From contig JAUSFL010000023.1 in the NCBI GenBank assembly GCA_030649735.1, forward strand, positions 15,698 through 79,697: 64,000 nucleotides of DNA. The letters are read 5' to 3'. The notes beneath the pieces were generated by a model. That model did no database searches and was not told the DNA's origin. It saw nothing but the letters and a program-made list of their open reading frames with translations. Position 1 is the first letter of the stretch; the number at the start of each line of letters is the position of its first letter. The translations under genes and the position numbers were made by a program. Of this stretch, positions 9,209-17,595 are shown in pieces. This stretch comes from Candidatus Iainarchaeum sp. Lineage in GTDB: Archaea > Iainarchaeota > Iainarchaeia > Iainarchaeales > UBA10191.

Positions 9209-10113
9209 AAGCCAAGCCAAAGGCAAAAAAGAAGATTTCAATTCCTTTCGCGCCTTTTCCACTGCCTGTCTTGAAGAACATTGCGCAAAATTTTTTAGGA
9301 ATCGGGGAAATGATAGCGCATGCCTTTCCATACCTTGAGCTTCAGCTAAAGCAGGCTGAAATTGAATTGAAGAAGGAAGAGTACGGCGCGATAATGTTCT
9401 TGATGTTTGTTTTTTACTTTTTGCTTTTTGGGCTGCTTGTTTACTTTGTGGCATTAAGGCTTGCGCCAAAGCAGGCGTTGCCAATGGCTTTCACTATTGG
9501 CGGAGTTTTAGGGCTTTTGATTCTTGTTCAATTAAGCGCTTATCCAGCAATCCTTGTCAAAAAGAAAGTTCGCGACATTGAAAGGAACTTGGTTTTTGCC
9601 TTGCGCACAATGCTCATTGAAATAAAGTCCGGGGTTTCCTTGTTTGATACATTGAATGTCATTGCGCAAGGCGATTATGGGATTTTGAGCGATGAATTCA
9701 AGCAGGCAATTGATGAGATAGAGACTGGCACTGCGGAAGAGGACGCTTTGCAGAAGATTGCAATGCAAAATCCTTCATTGTTTTTCAGGAAGGCATTGTG
9801 GCAATTGGTTAATGGAATGAAGGCCGGCGCTGATGTCGCGACTGTAATGACAGAGCTTGTCAATTCAATTGGAAAAGAGCAGGTCATTGAAATAAACCGT
9901 TACGGCGGCTCGCTACGACTGCTTTCATTGATTTACATGATGATGGGGGTCATTATTCCTTCAATGGGCTTGACTTTGCTCATTGTGCTGTCTTCTTTTC
10001 CGCAAATCAAGATTGTGGATGAAATGTTTTGGGGACTGCTTGCATTGGTTGTTTTAATGCAGTTCATGTTTTTGGGGTTTATGAAAAGCAAGAGGCCGAA
10101 TCTTATCGGGTGA
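9205..10113 (+). CDS. TadB/FlaJ-like polytopic membrane platform protein (T2SS-F domain)
   Basis: T2SS-F-like segment LIEIKSGVSLFDTLNVIAQ...ALWQLVNGMKAGADVATVMTELVNSIGKEQ flanked by TM helices. ATGA-type overlap with the ATPase gene. Confidence 0.8.
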   Translation: MKAKPKAKKKISIPFAPFPLPVLKNIAQNFLGIGEMIAHAFPYLELQLKQAEIELKKEEYGAIMFLMFVFYFLLFGLLVYFVALRLAPKQALPMAFTIGGVLGLLILVQLSAYPAILVKKKVRDIERNLVFALRTMLIEIKSGVSLFDTLNVIAQGDYGILSDEFKQAIDEIETGTAEEDALQKIAMQNPSLFFRKALWQLVNGMKAGADVATVMTELVNSIGKEQVIEINRYGGSLRLLSLIYMMMGVIIPSMGLTLLIVLSSFPQIKIVDEMFWGLLALVVLMQFMFLGFMKSKRPNLIG

Positions 10114-10120
10114 ATAAAGA

Positions 10121-11104
10121 ATGGTTTACAGCAGGATTTCAGCGTTTATTCCTTCAGGCATCAGGGAAGCCTTTGCGAAAGAAATAGATTATTTAGGAAT
10201 TAATATCGAGTCCGGAAAGTTTGTCGGATTCATTTTTTCATTCGGGCTTGCCTTAAGCCTTGGCATTGCATTAAATCTTCAATTGTTTTACCAAATTCCT
10301 TTCCTGCTTTCATTCGCGCTTTTTGCGAGCCTTTTCATTGGCGGAATTTATGTCTGGCTTAGCATTACTGCGGAAAGCAAGGGAAAGTTTGTCGAAAAAA
10401 TCTTGCCCGATGCCTTGCAGTTGATTGCAAGCAACATTCGCTCTGGCTTGACGACTGAAAGGGCATTATTGGTTTCTGCAAGGCCTGAATTCGGGCCTTT
10501 GGAGGAAGAGTTGAGAAAAGCATCCAAGCGCATTCTTACAGGAACTCCAATACAGGAGGCATTGTCAGACATTCCAAAGCGCATTAATTCCAAGACTGTC
10601 GAGAAAACAATTTGGCTTGTGAATAAGGGAGTTTCTTCAGGCGGCCAGATTGCGGATGTCTTGACACAGCTTTCTGACGACTTGCGGGAGCAGAATTCAT
10701 TGCAGGATGAAATTCGCGCGAACATCAGCATTTATGTGATGCTCATTTTCTTTTCCGCAGCAATTGGGTCTCCAATAATGCTTGGAATTTCCTCTTTTAT
10801 AGTGCAGATTCTGCACAAGCAGATTTCAGGCATTCAGACTGTTGACACTTCAAGGATTTCTGCGCATTCCAAAAGCCCGTTTTCTGGAATTCCAAAATCA
10901 AGCATTGACCCTGACTTTGTGCTGGTTTTTGCAGAATTGTCCTTGCTTGTCACGACGATTTTTGCCTCAATGACAATGGGAATAATCAATACTGGCAATG
11001 AAAAGAACGGCTTGAAGTACTTTCCTGCCTTGCTGATTGTTTCTTTCGGGATTTTCCTGGCAATACGGTTTGTGCTTTTCACAATGTTCAAGGCAATGGT
11101 CTAG
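10121..11104 (+). CDS. TadC/FlaJ-like polytopic membrane platform protein (second T2SS-F domain protein)
   Basis: T2SS-F-like segment LQLIASNIRSGLTTERALLVSA...WLVNKGVSSGGQIADVLTQLSDDLREQ with multiple TM helices. Together with the previous gene it resembles a split FlaJ or a TadB+TadC pair. Confidence 0.8.
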   Translation: MVYSRISAFIPSGIREAFAKEIDYLGINIESGKFVGFIFSFGLALSLGIALNLQLFYQIPFLLSFALFASLFIGGIYVWLSITAESKGKFVEKILPDALQLIASNIRSGLTTERALLVSARPEFGPLEEELRKASKRILTGTPIQEALSDIPKRINSKTVEKTIWLVNKGVSSGGQIADVLTQLSDDLREQNSLQDEIRANISIYVMLIFFSAAIGSPIMLGISSFIVQILHKQISGIQTVDTSRISAHSKSPFSGIPKSSIDPDFVLVFAELSLLVTTIFASMTMGIINTGNEKNGLKYFPALLIVSFGIFLAIRFVLFTMFKAMV

Positions 11105-11199
11105 TTCTATCCAAGTTTGGATTTCAGAGTCAAAGTTTGCTTTGAGCCTTTCGGCTTTTAAAAAAAAGAAAAAAGAAAGGAAGAATTATTTCCTTTCAA
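11105..11199. terminator. convergent intergenic region with a short hairpin and long oligo-T/oligo-A tracts (candidate bidirectional archaeal terminator)
   Basis: AGCCtttcGGCT hairpin followed by TTTT and then an A-run on the plus strand. The minus strand reads CTTTTTTCTTTTTTTT directly after the pilin stop. Confidence 0.45.
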
Positions 11200-11613
11200 T
11201 TAAACAGTTCCTGCAACGCAAGTTGTTGATTCAGTGTGTGAAATTCCGTTGGCAGTGTATGAGATGCTCATTACATACGTTGACCCTGCCGCTATTGGAC
11301 TTGTGAAGACAGCGTTAGTGTCTGCGCTTCTTGATAAGCTAGTGCTTCCCATTAATCCCGCGCCTAAGTCTCCGCTTGCGTTAAGGTCGCTCATTGTGCC
11401 TGAAGAGCCGTTTTGGATTGCTAGGCTGATTCCTGTTGCTTGAATTGCGTAATCCTTCAACAGCAGTCTTCCGCCGAACTGCGTGCAGTTTGCTGGAGTG
11501 TTGAAAACACCGAAAGCGAACAAGGCTGCGACAACAATTACTATTACTACCAAGGCCCACCCGTAAGTCATGAGGTATTCCAAGGCTGATTGTCCCTTAC
11601 TGTTCAATTGCAT
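11200..11613 (-). CDS. Flp-like / archaeal type IV major pilin precursor (class III signal peptide)
   Basis: From the internal ATG at 11613: MQLNSKGQSALEYLMTYGWALVVIVIVVAALFA, a classic KGQ-SALEY prepilin motif plus TM helix. C-terminal half is Ser/Thr/Gly/Asn-rich. GGAGGA sits immediately upstream. The upstream part of the long ORF (to 11715) is treated as non-coding. Confidence 0.8.
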   Translation of the reverse strand: MQLNSKGQSALEYLMTYGWALVVIVIVVAALFAFGVFNTPANCTQFGGRLLLKDYAIQATGISLAIQNGSSGTMSDLNASGDLGAGLMGSTSLSRSADTNAVFTSPIAAGSTYVMSISYTANGISHTESTTCVAGTV

Positions 11614-11724
11614 TCCTCCTTTTAATTTTATGAATGTAATAGTTTCTATTATGCTTTGGCAGTATTTAAACCTAATGCTGGCTTTTGTTTTTCGGAAAAC
11701 TTTAAATTGTCGCATTGAGTCATT
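11614..11724. promoter_or_regulatory. divergent promoter region between the major pilin gene (-) and the first KaiC/FlaH-like gene (+)
   Basis: TATA-like TATTTAAA at 11663-11670 (~50 nt upstream of the pilin ATG) and CTTTAAAT at 11701-11708 (~20 nt upstream of the + gene ATG). Confidence 0.4.
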
Positions 11725-12477
11725 ATGTTTGTAATTATGGCTGCAGCTTCAAAAAAGCAGGAATTGGCCGGCGCCTCTTTAGATTCCGTAAAGCGAATTC
11801 AAACAGGAATTCAAGGCTTTGATGAATTGGTTGAGGGTGGAATTCCCGCAAACTCATTGGTTGTCTTGACTGGCTCTTGCGGCACTGGAAAAAGCACTTT
11901 TGCAATGAATTTTCTGGTGCAGGGCGCGTTGAATGGCGAGCCAGGATTGTACATTAGCCTGGAAGAGAATGTTGACGACAACATTCAAGAAATGACTTTG
12001 TTTGGCTGGCCAATCAAGAAATTGATTGAAGAAAAAAAGCTTGCCATAACACAGCCTGAACTGTATGATTTTGACAAGCTTGTAACCCACATTGAGGATT
12101 TTGTCTCAAAATTGAAGGCAAAGCGGATCGTAATTGACTCTTCCTCATTGATTGGCTTGTATTTTAAGGACGCTTTCAAGGTAAGAAAGGCAATGGTTGA
12201 CCTTGAGACAATGCTCAAGCGATTGAATTGCACTGCGATGGTGATTAATGAAGTCAAGGAAGGCGATGCCGGGCTTTCAACTTACGGCGTTGAAGAATTC
12301 ATTGCCGACGGCGTCATTGTATTGTACTGCCAGAAGAAGGAAAACCTGTACACTAGGGCAATAAACATCAGGAAAATGCGTTCCACAAACCATTCAATGA
12401 AAATCCACCCAATCCACATTAAAAGGCCCGGGGGCATTACGGTTTTTGCTTCTGAGGAAGTTTTCACTGAATTTTAG
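11725..12477 (+). CDS. FlaH/KaiC-like RecA-superfamily ATPase (single RecA domain)
   Basis: IQGFDELVEGGIPANSLVVLTGSCGTGKSTF (Walker A), ...GVEEFIADGVIVL..., ...IRKMRSTNHS... match the FlaH/KaiC/aRadC pattern. About 250 aa. Confidence 0.8.
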   Translation: MFVIMAAASKKQELAGASLDSVKRIQTGIQGFDELVEGGIPANSLVVLTGSCGTGKSTFAMNFLVQGALNGEPGLYISLEENVDDNIQEMTLFGWPIKKLIEEKKLAITQPELYDFDKLVTHIEDFVSKLKAKRIVIDSSSLIGLYFKDAFKVRKAMVDLETMLKRLNCTAMVINEVKEGDAGLSTYGVEEFIADGVIVLYCQKKENLYTRAINIRKMRSTNHSMKIHPIHIKRPGGITVFASEEVFTEF

Positions 12478-12523
12478 AATTGGTTTTTATACTTGTTTTT
12501 TTCTAAGTCTTAGTTGATAATGA

Positions 12524-13228
12524 ATGGTTACAATGGAATTTGAGAGGACAAAGTCCGGAATTCCCGGCTTTGATGAATTATTGTATGGGGGCATTCCGAA
12601 AGGAAACCTTGTAGTGCTTTCAGGAGACCCCGGCTCTGGAAAGACTGTTTTTTGCTTCATGTTTTTGTATGAGGGCGTTTTGCGCTTTGACGAGCCCGGA
12701 ATTTACGTCAGCCTGGAAGAAAGCGCTGACGATCTTTTGAGCAATTCATTGGAGTTTGGAATGGACCTGGCCCCGTTGATCAAGGCAAACAAGCTGAAAA
12801 TAATAACAATCGAGCTTTATGACTTTGACAAGCTGAAAAGCTCGATTGAGGATGCCGTGCAAAGCATTGGCGCAAAGCGCGTTGTCGTTGATCCAGGCGT
12901 TGTTTTCAGGCTTTTCTTTGAGAAAGAGCTTGACGCCAGAAAGCGCATTCTTTCGCTTGGAAAAATGCTCAAGCATTTGGGCTGCACCAGCGTCGTGACA
13001 AACGAGCTTTCGCTGGATGATAGCAAGAGCCTTTTTGGATTGGAAGAGTATGTTGCTGACGGCGTGGTTTTAATGTATCACACCAAGTCCCAAAATCGCT
13101 TCATTCGAAGCATTGCCGTAGTGAAAATGCGCGGCACAAAGATTTCGGAAAACCTGCATCCTTTGCAGATTGCAAAGAATGGATTGAAGGTTTTGTCAAC
13201 GCAGGAATTGTTTGAGGATGTTGAGTAA
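12524..13228 (+). CDS. FlaH/KaiC-like RecA-superfamily ATPase (second paralog)
   Basis: IPGFDELLYGGIPKGNLVVLSGDPGSGKTVF (Walker A), GLEEYVADGVVLMY, VVKMRGTKIS. About 234 aa. Confidence 0.8.
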   Translation: MVTMEFERTKSGIPGFDELLYGGIPKGNLVVLSGDPGSGKTVFCFMFLYEGVLRFDEPGIYVSLEESADDLLSNSLEFGMDLAPLIKANKLKIITIELYDFDKLKSSIEDAVQSIGAKRVVVDPGVVFRLFFEKELDARKRILSLGKMLKHLGCTSVVTNELSLDDSKSLFGLEEYVADGVVLMYHTKSQNRFIRSIAVVKMRGTKISENLHPLQIAKNGLKVLSTQELFEDVE

Positions 13229-13841
13229 GATGCCTTTAAAGCCTTCTGGTTTTTCTGATTTTGACTTTGAGCAATTGCTTAGCCCGAACCGCGCGATAAA
13301 CTCAAAGATTTCCTTGGCTTTGGATGGCATTCCCAATGATTTTGTGGTTTTGTTCATTGTTGACTTGAAGAATTATGCGGGAACTGTTGTTGAATTATTG
13401 CGTGTGCTTCAATTGGAAAATAATACTGGGGTTTACTTGACAATAAACAAGCCGGTTGAGGATTTAATCCGCACTTTCAAAGCCCAAAGGCTTGACACTG
13501 AAAAGATTTTTTTCATTGACGCAATAAGCGCTCTTTCTGAAAGGAAGACTTTGGAGTCCCAAAACATTATTTTGCTTGACAGTCCCACGGACTTGATTGA
13601 AATAAACAATATTGTTTCGAAAAAAATCGCGTTGGAAGAGAGCAAGTTTGTTGTTTTTGACTCATTGAGCACTTTGCTTTTGTACAATAAGCCAATGGCT
13701 GTTGAGAAATTCCTGCATGTTTTGGTCGGCAAAATGCGCGGCTCCAGGGTCAAGGGCTTTTTGATTACTGTAAAAAGCTCTGAGCATGCCGGATTGATTG
13801 AAACAATCAGCCAGTTTGTCGACAAGATTGTTGAAATTTAA
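13212..13841 (+). CDS. KaiC/FlaH-like paralog with a degenerate (lost) P-loop
   Basis: Same overall pattern (GFSDFDFEQLL...DGIPNDFVVLFIV..., VGKMRGSRV) but no GxxGxGK[ST] motif. Its start overlaps the preceding paralog. Confidence 0.55.
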   Translation: MRMLSKMPLKPSGFSDFDFEQLLSPNRAINSKISLALDGIPNDFVVLFIVDLKNYAGTVVELLRVLQLENNTGVYLTINKPVEDLIRTFKAQRLDTEKIFFIDAISALSERKTLESQNIILLDSPTDLIEINNIVSKKIALEESKFVVFDSLSTLLLYNKPMAVEKFLHVLVGKMRGSRVKGFLITVKSSEHAGLIETISQFVDKIVEI

Positions 13842-15196
13842 GGCTGGCTTTTCACTTCAATTTCCTGCCCCAGGATTTCTTTGGCTTTTTCCTGCAGTTT
13901 GATGATTTCTTCCCTTATTTTCATTTTTTGAGTTTCCTTGATTGTCTTTACTGCCGAAAGTTCGTTGGTTTTTTGGACGGCTTCCCTTTCAATGCTTTCT
14001 TCCCTTGCTTTAAGGCCGTTTATTTGCCTGAACAGCGTGCTTTTTTCCAATGCTTCGTGGACTTTGGGCAATTCCTTGTCTATTTCATTAAGCCGCCAGA
14101 AAAAAGTGCTGAAGAAATCGAAATTTTTCAATTCTTCAATTGCCTGGATTTTCCTGTTTTTTTCTTTCTCGTCCTTGAATGAGATTTTCCCTTTATTTAT
14201 CGCGTTTTCCATTTCTTGCAGGCATTGCTTTAGGATTTCTCCCTTTGGGTCCTGCCTTAATGCGTTAAAGCTGTCTTCCAAGTATGATGAAAGCATTCTT
14301 TCCTGCTCTTTTTCCAGAATCCATTCCTTGTTTGACGACAGGGTTTGCATTTTTCTCAGTTGCTTTTCCAAAGGCATAAGTAAATTTGCGGCTTTTTCCC
14401 GAAGGTCTTTTTTTTCGCCCAGCAGTTTTTCTTTTGATTTCTCGTTTTTTTCAAATTCCTGGAATGCTTCGCCATTTTTCAGCCCGTCCGCGTCTTTCAA
14501 AACCCCGCTTTTTTCAGCGTCAAGCTCCTGGATTTCTTTTTCCCTGTCCTTGATTTCATTCTCTTTTTCCGCAACTTGCCTTTCTTTTCCTCGAATGCCG
14601 CCAATTATTTCCAGGACTCTTTGCATTTGCGCTGTTTTGGAGCTTTTTGAAAGCTCGAATAATTCAATCAATTGCTTTTCCAATTCTTCAATTGTTTTTC
14701 CAAGCTCGTTCATTTCTTTTTTCGCCAAAAGCCCGGTGTACGCGATGTTTTTCCTGAAGGACATTATGTCTTGCTGGAATTCCCTCGCGGAATTTTGGCA
14801 GTACGCAAAGTTTTGCTCAAACGATTTTCTTTCAGGCGGCCTTGTTTTTTCCAGAAGAGTCTGCATTTTTCCTGAAAAGCTTTCCTTGCTTGACTGGACG
14901 ATTTTCCTGAAGTATTTGTTTTCGCCTTCCTGCTCAAAATCCAGGCCTTCAATGTTTTTTGTGCTGTCTTCAGCCGAGTGGATTGTTTCCTTTATTTTTG
15001 CGAATTTTGAAAGGCATTCCTTGCCGAATTCTTTCTTTTCCTGCTCGAAGATTTTTTCAACTTCGGCCTTTAGCTCTTCAACGCCAATGGCTCTCTTGCC
15101 TTCTGGCATTTGCTCTTTCTTTCCGAAAATCTTGTCCAAAAAACCCATAACGACTGGAATTATGGCTTGAAACTTCTTTAAAACCAATTCTTTCAA
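13838..15196 (-). CDS. Lys/Glu-rich coiled-coil protein, unknown function
   Basis: 452-aa ORF with long heptad-like K/E-rich segments. The antisense frame is low-complexity. Tail-to-tail with the degenerate KaiC-like gene. Confidence 0.6.
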   Translation of the reverse strand: MKELVLKKFQAIIPVVMGFLDKIFGKKEQMPEGKRAIGVEELKAEVEKIFEQEKKEFGKECLSKFAKIKETIHSAEDSTKNIEGLDFEQEGENKYFRKIVQSSKESFSGKMQTLLEKTRPPERKSFEQNFAYCQNSAREFQQDIMSFRKNIAYTGLLAKKEMNELGKTIEELEKQLIELFELSKSSKTAQMQRVLEIIGGIRGKERQVAEKENEIKDREKEIQELDAEKSGVLKDADGLKNGEAFQEFEKNEKSKEKLLGEKKDLREKAANLLMPLEKQLRKMQTLSSNKEWILEKEQERMLSSYLEDSFNALRQDPKGEILKQCLQEMENAINKGKISFKDEKEKNRKIQAIEELKNFDFFSTFFWRLNEIDKELPKVHEALEKSTLFRQINGLKAREESIEREAVQKTNELSAVKTIKETQKMKIREEIIKLQEKAKEILGQEIEVKSQP

Positions 15197-15207
15197 AACA
15201 TTGTATT

Positions 15208-16092
15208 ATGGCTCCAAGCGTTAGATTGTCACCTTCTGGAATTTCCGCATTCACGCAATGCCCGCGAAAATTCTATTTTCGCCATATTGAAAGGCTTCCT
15301 GAACCGGCGTCTGTCTTTCAGGTCCGCGGCAAAATAATCCACAAGGTTTTTGAGCTTTTTTTCCAGACAATTGACATTTCAAAAATCGACCAGAAAAAGC
15401 ACTGGCATGGCATTTGGGATGATTTTCGGGCAGTTTGCTTTGCATTGCTGGATGAGGAATGGTCAAAGATTGGAAAGCCTGGCGCGGGCTATGATGATAT
15501 TTTTGAAAGCGCCGAACAGAAAAAAGGGCTTTTTGAAGAAACGCGGGAGTTTTTGGATTTTTTTTCCGCAAAAATGGCCTATTCGTTCTATAATAAATTG
15601 CACGAGCTTGAAAAGGACGAGTGGTTTGACGCGAATTTGAAAAAGCACTTTTACCCTAAAGGCCGCGAGTTCAAAATAGAGCTTGTTGAAGAAAACATCA
15701 TTGGCTTCATTGACAAGACATTGAATCTTTATGGTGATGGGGTCGCGATTGTCGATTACAAGACTTCAAAATCTTCATTGCCGCATTTCATTTCAGAAGC
15801 CGACTTGAAGCAGTGCAAGGTTTATGCCTGGCTTTGGAACAAAAAATTCAATGAAATTCCCCGCTTTGTCTCGATTTTTTACGTGAGGGACGGCGAGAGC
15901 GTTTATTACCCGATTTCTGAAAAAGACCTTAAGGAAGTCGATGATTCTATTGAGGAAATTCGCTCTAAAGGCCGTGAGATTTCAAACTTTCGCAAAAAGC
16001 CTTCAAGGCTTTGCGAGTACTGCGCTTTTTTTCCAAAATGCTTTGAAAACAAGGAAGAGTTTGAAGCAGTTCTGCAAAAACTCAAAAATTGA
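15208..16092 (+). CDS. Cas4/RecB-family PD-(D/E)XK nuclease with a 4-Cys Fe-S cluster motif (stand-alone; no CRISPR nearby)
   Basis: N-terminal Cys (FTQCPRKFYF); D...IVDYKTSK (D/EYK catalytic motif); QCKVYAWL (QhxxY); C-terminal CEYCAFFPKC (CX2CX5C). Confidence 0.8.
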   Translation: MAPSVRLSPSGISAFTQCPRKFYFRHIERLPEPASVFQVRGKIIHKVFELFFQTIDISKIDQKKHWHGIWDDFRAVCFALLDEEWSKIGKPGAGYDDIFESAEQKKGLFEETREFLDFFSAKMAYSFYNKLHELEKDEWFDANLKKHFYPKGREFKIELVEENIIGFIDKTLNLYGDGVAIVDYKTSKSSLPHFISEADLKQCKVYAWLWNKKFNEIPRFVSIFYVRDGESVYYPISEKDLKEVDDSIEEIRSKGREISNFRKKPSRLCEYCAFFPKCFENKEEFEAVLQKLKN

Positions 16093-16197
16093 ATTGTTGA
16101 TTGCCTTAAACCAAAAACAACCTTTACGCTAATTGTCTTAAATGAGTTGGCTTTTTGACGTAATGTTTTTATTCTGCCTGTTTCATAAGGACTTTAG

Positions 16198-17595
16198 GTG
16201 AGTCTTTCTTTGTCCAATGGAACCAATGGAAACAGCCATAACAGCAACGGCAATAACGAACGCGTCCAAATCCCGCAATTAGATGCAAGAAAGCGCGTGC
16301 ACAATTTCAAGGAAGTAGAGCTTGGATTCTCTAAAGAGCAGGCATTAAAGGAAGCCTCGCGCTGCCTGCAATGCGCAGAGCCTTCCTGCATTCAAGGCTG
16401 TCCTGCAAAAATCCAAATCAGGGACTTCATCAAGGCATTGCTTGAAGGCAGCAATGGCGAAGCAATTGAAATCATTGAGCAATCCAATTATTTTCCTAAA
16501 ATCTGCGGCAGAATTTGCCAGCAAGAATTCCAATGCGAAGGAAATTGCATTCTTGCAAAATCAGGCAAGGCAATAAACATTGGCGGCCTGGAAAGATTTG
16601 TCGGAGACACTCATTCAACAAGCCTGAAGCCAATCAAGGCCAATGGCCAAAAAGTCGCGGTTGTCGGAAGCGGGCCTTCAGGCCTTACAGTCGCAATCCA
16701 ATTGAGCCAGCTCGGCTATGACACCACAGTTTTTGACTCAAGCAAGACAATTGGCGGAGTGATAAAGTATGGAGTGCCCGAATTCAGGCTTCCGAAAAAA
16801 ATCGTTGAAAGCGAATTGCGCAAAATAAAAAAGCTTGGAGTGAAATTTTCAAGAAAGCAGTTCATTGGCTCAGAACAGTCAGTCATTGACTTACTGCACG
16901 ATGGGTTTGACGCTGTCTTTGTCGGAACTGGAGTCGGAGAGGCAAAAATGCTTGAAATGCCAGGCAAGCAATTGACTGGAATAATTCCCGCAGTCAATTT
17001 TTTGATTGCAAAAAACTTGCATGAAAAAAACATGATTGAAAAAGGCGACAAGGTATTGGTAATTGGAGCAGGCTTTGTTGGAATGGACGCGGCAAGGACT
17101 GCAATGCGCTTAGGCGCAAAAGAAGTCACTGTTGCCGCGTTTGAAAGCCCGAAAAAAATGACTTTAGGAATCAAGGAAATCAAGGAAGCGCAGGATGAAG
17201 GAATTTCATTCAAGTACTTGCTTCGCGCTGAAGAATTCTTGGGCGAAGGAATCATTGAGGCAGTAAAGCTAAGAAAGCTCCGCGAGCTTGAAGACGGAAC
17301 AGTGATTGACACTGACGATTTCGAAACAATTAAATCAAGCAAAGTGCTCATAGCAATTGGCTTAAGGCCAAGCATTGACGACAAGGTAAAGCAGCCTTTA
17401 AGGACTGAAGGCGGTAAAATCAATGTTGACGAAAACAACATGACCTCAATTGAAGGGATTTTTGCGGCAGGCGACGCAGTCACTGGCCCAAAAACAGTAA
17501 TTGCCGCAATTGCAGCAGCAAAAAAAGCCGCTCTTTCAATGCACACTTTTTTGCAAAAGAAAGATTTGGAAAAAAAAGGTGGAAAAAATGCCTAA
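16198..17595 (+). CDS. GltD-family FAD/NAD(P)H-dependent oxidoreductase with N-terminal 4Fe-4S binding region (glutamate synthase small subunit / SudA-like)
   Basis: Cys cluster CLQCAEPSCIQGCP...CGRICQQEFQCEGNC; two Rossmann GxGxxG motifs (VAVVGSGPSG, VLVIGAGFVG); C-terminal AAGDAVTG. Confidence 0.75.
   Translation: MSLSLSNGTNGNSHNSNGNNERVQIPQLDARKRVHNFKEVELGFSKEQALKEASRCLQCAEPSCIQGCPAKIQIRDFIKALLEGSNGEAIEIIEQSNYFPKICGRICQQEFQCEGNCILAKSGKAINIGGLERFVGDTHSTSLKPIKANGQKVAVVGSGPSGLTVAIQLSQLGYDTTVFDSSKTIGGVIKYGVPEFRLPKKIVESELRKIKKLGVKFSRKQFIGSEQSVIDLLHDGFDAVFVGTGVGEAKMLEMPGKQLTGIIPAVNFLIAKNLHEKNMIEKGDKVLVIGAGFVGMDAARTAMRLGAKEVTVAAFESPKKMTLGIKEIKEAQDEGISFKYLLRAEEFLGEGIIEAVKLRKLRELEDGTVIDTDDFETIKSSKVLIAIGLRPSIDDKVKQPLRTEGGKINVDENNMTSIEGIFAAGDAVTGPKTVIAAIAAAKKAALSMHTFLQKKDLEKKGGKNA

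Noticed and set aside
11614-11715. Upstream extension of the major pilin ORF (MRQFKVFRKTKASIRFKYCQSIIETITFIKLKGG)
   Set aside because: The internal ATG at 11613 yields the canonical prepilin N-terminus and is preceded by GGAGGA. The extension would bury the signal peptide. GGAGGA abuts the ATG with no spacer, so it is noted but not relied on.
13938-15170. 410-aa plus-strand ORF rich in Ser/Phe/Leu
   Set aside because: It is the antisense shadow of the K/E-rich coiled-coil gene 13838..15196. Low-complexity composition and no motifs; the minus-strand gene is the coherent one.
16716-17546. 276-aa minus-strand ORF
   Set aside because: Antisense to the GltD-like oxidoreductase with clear Rossmann/Fe-S motifs. 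No independent support.
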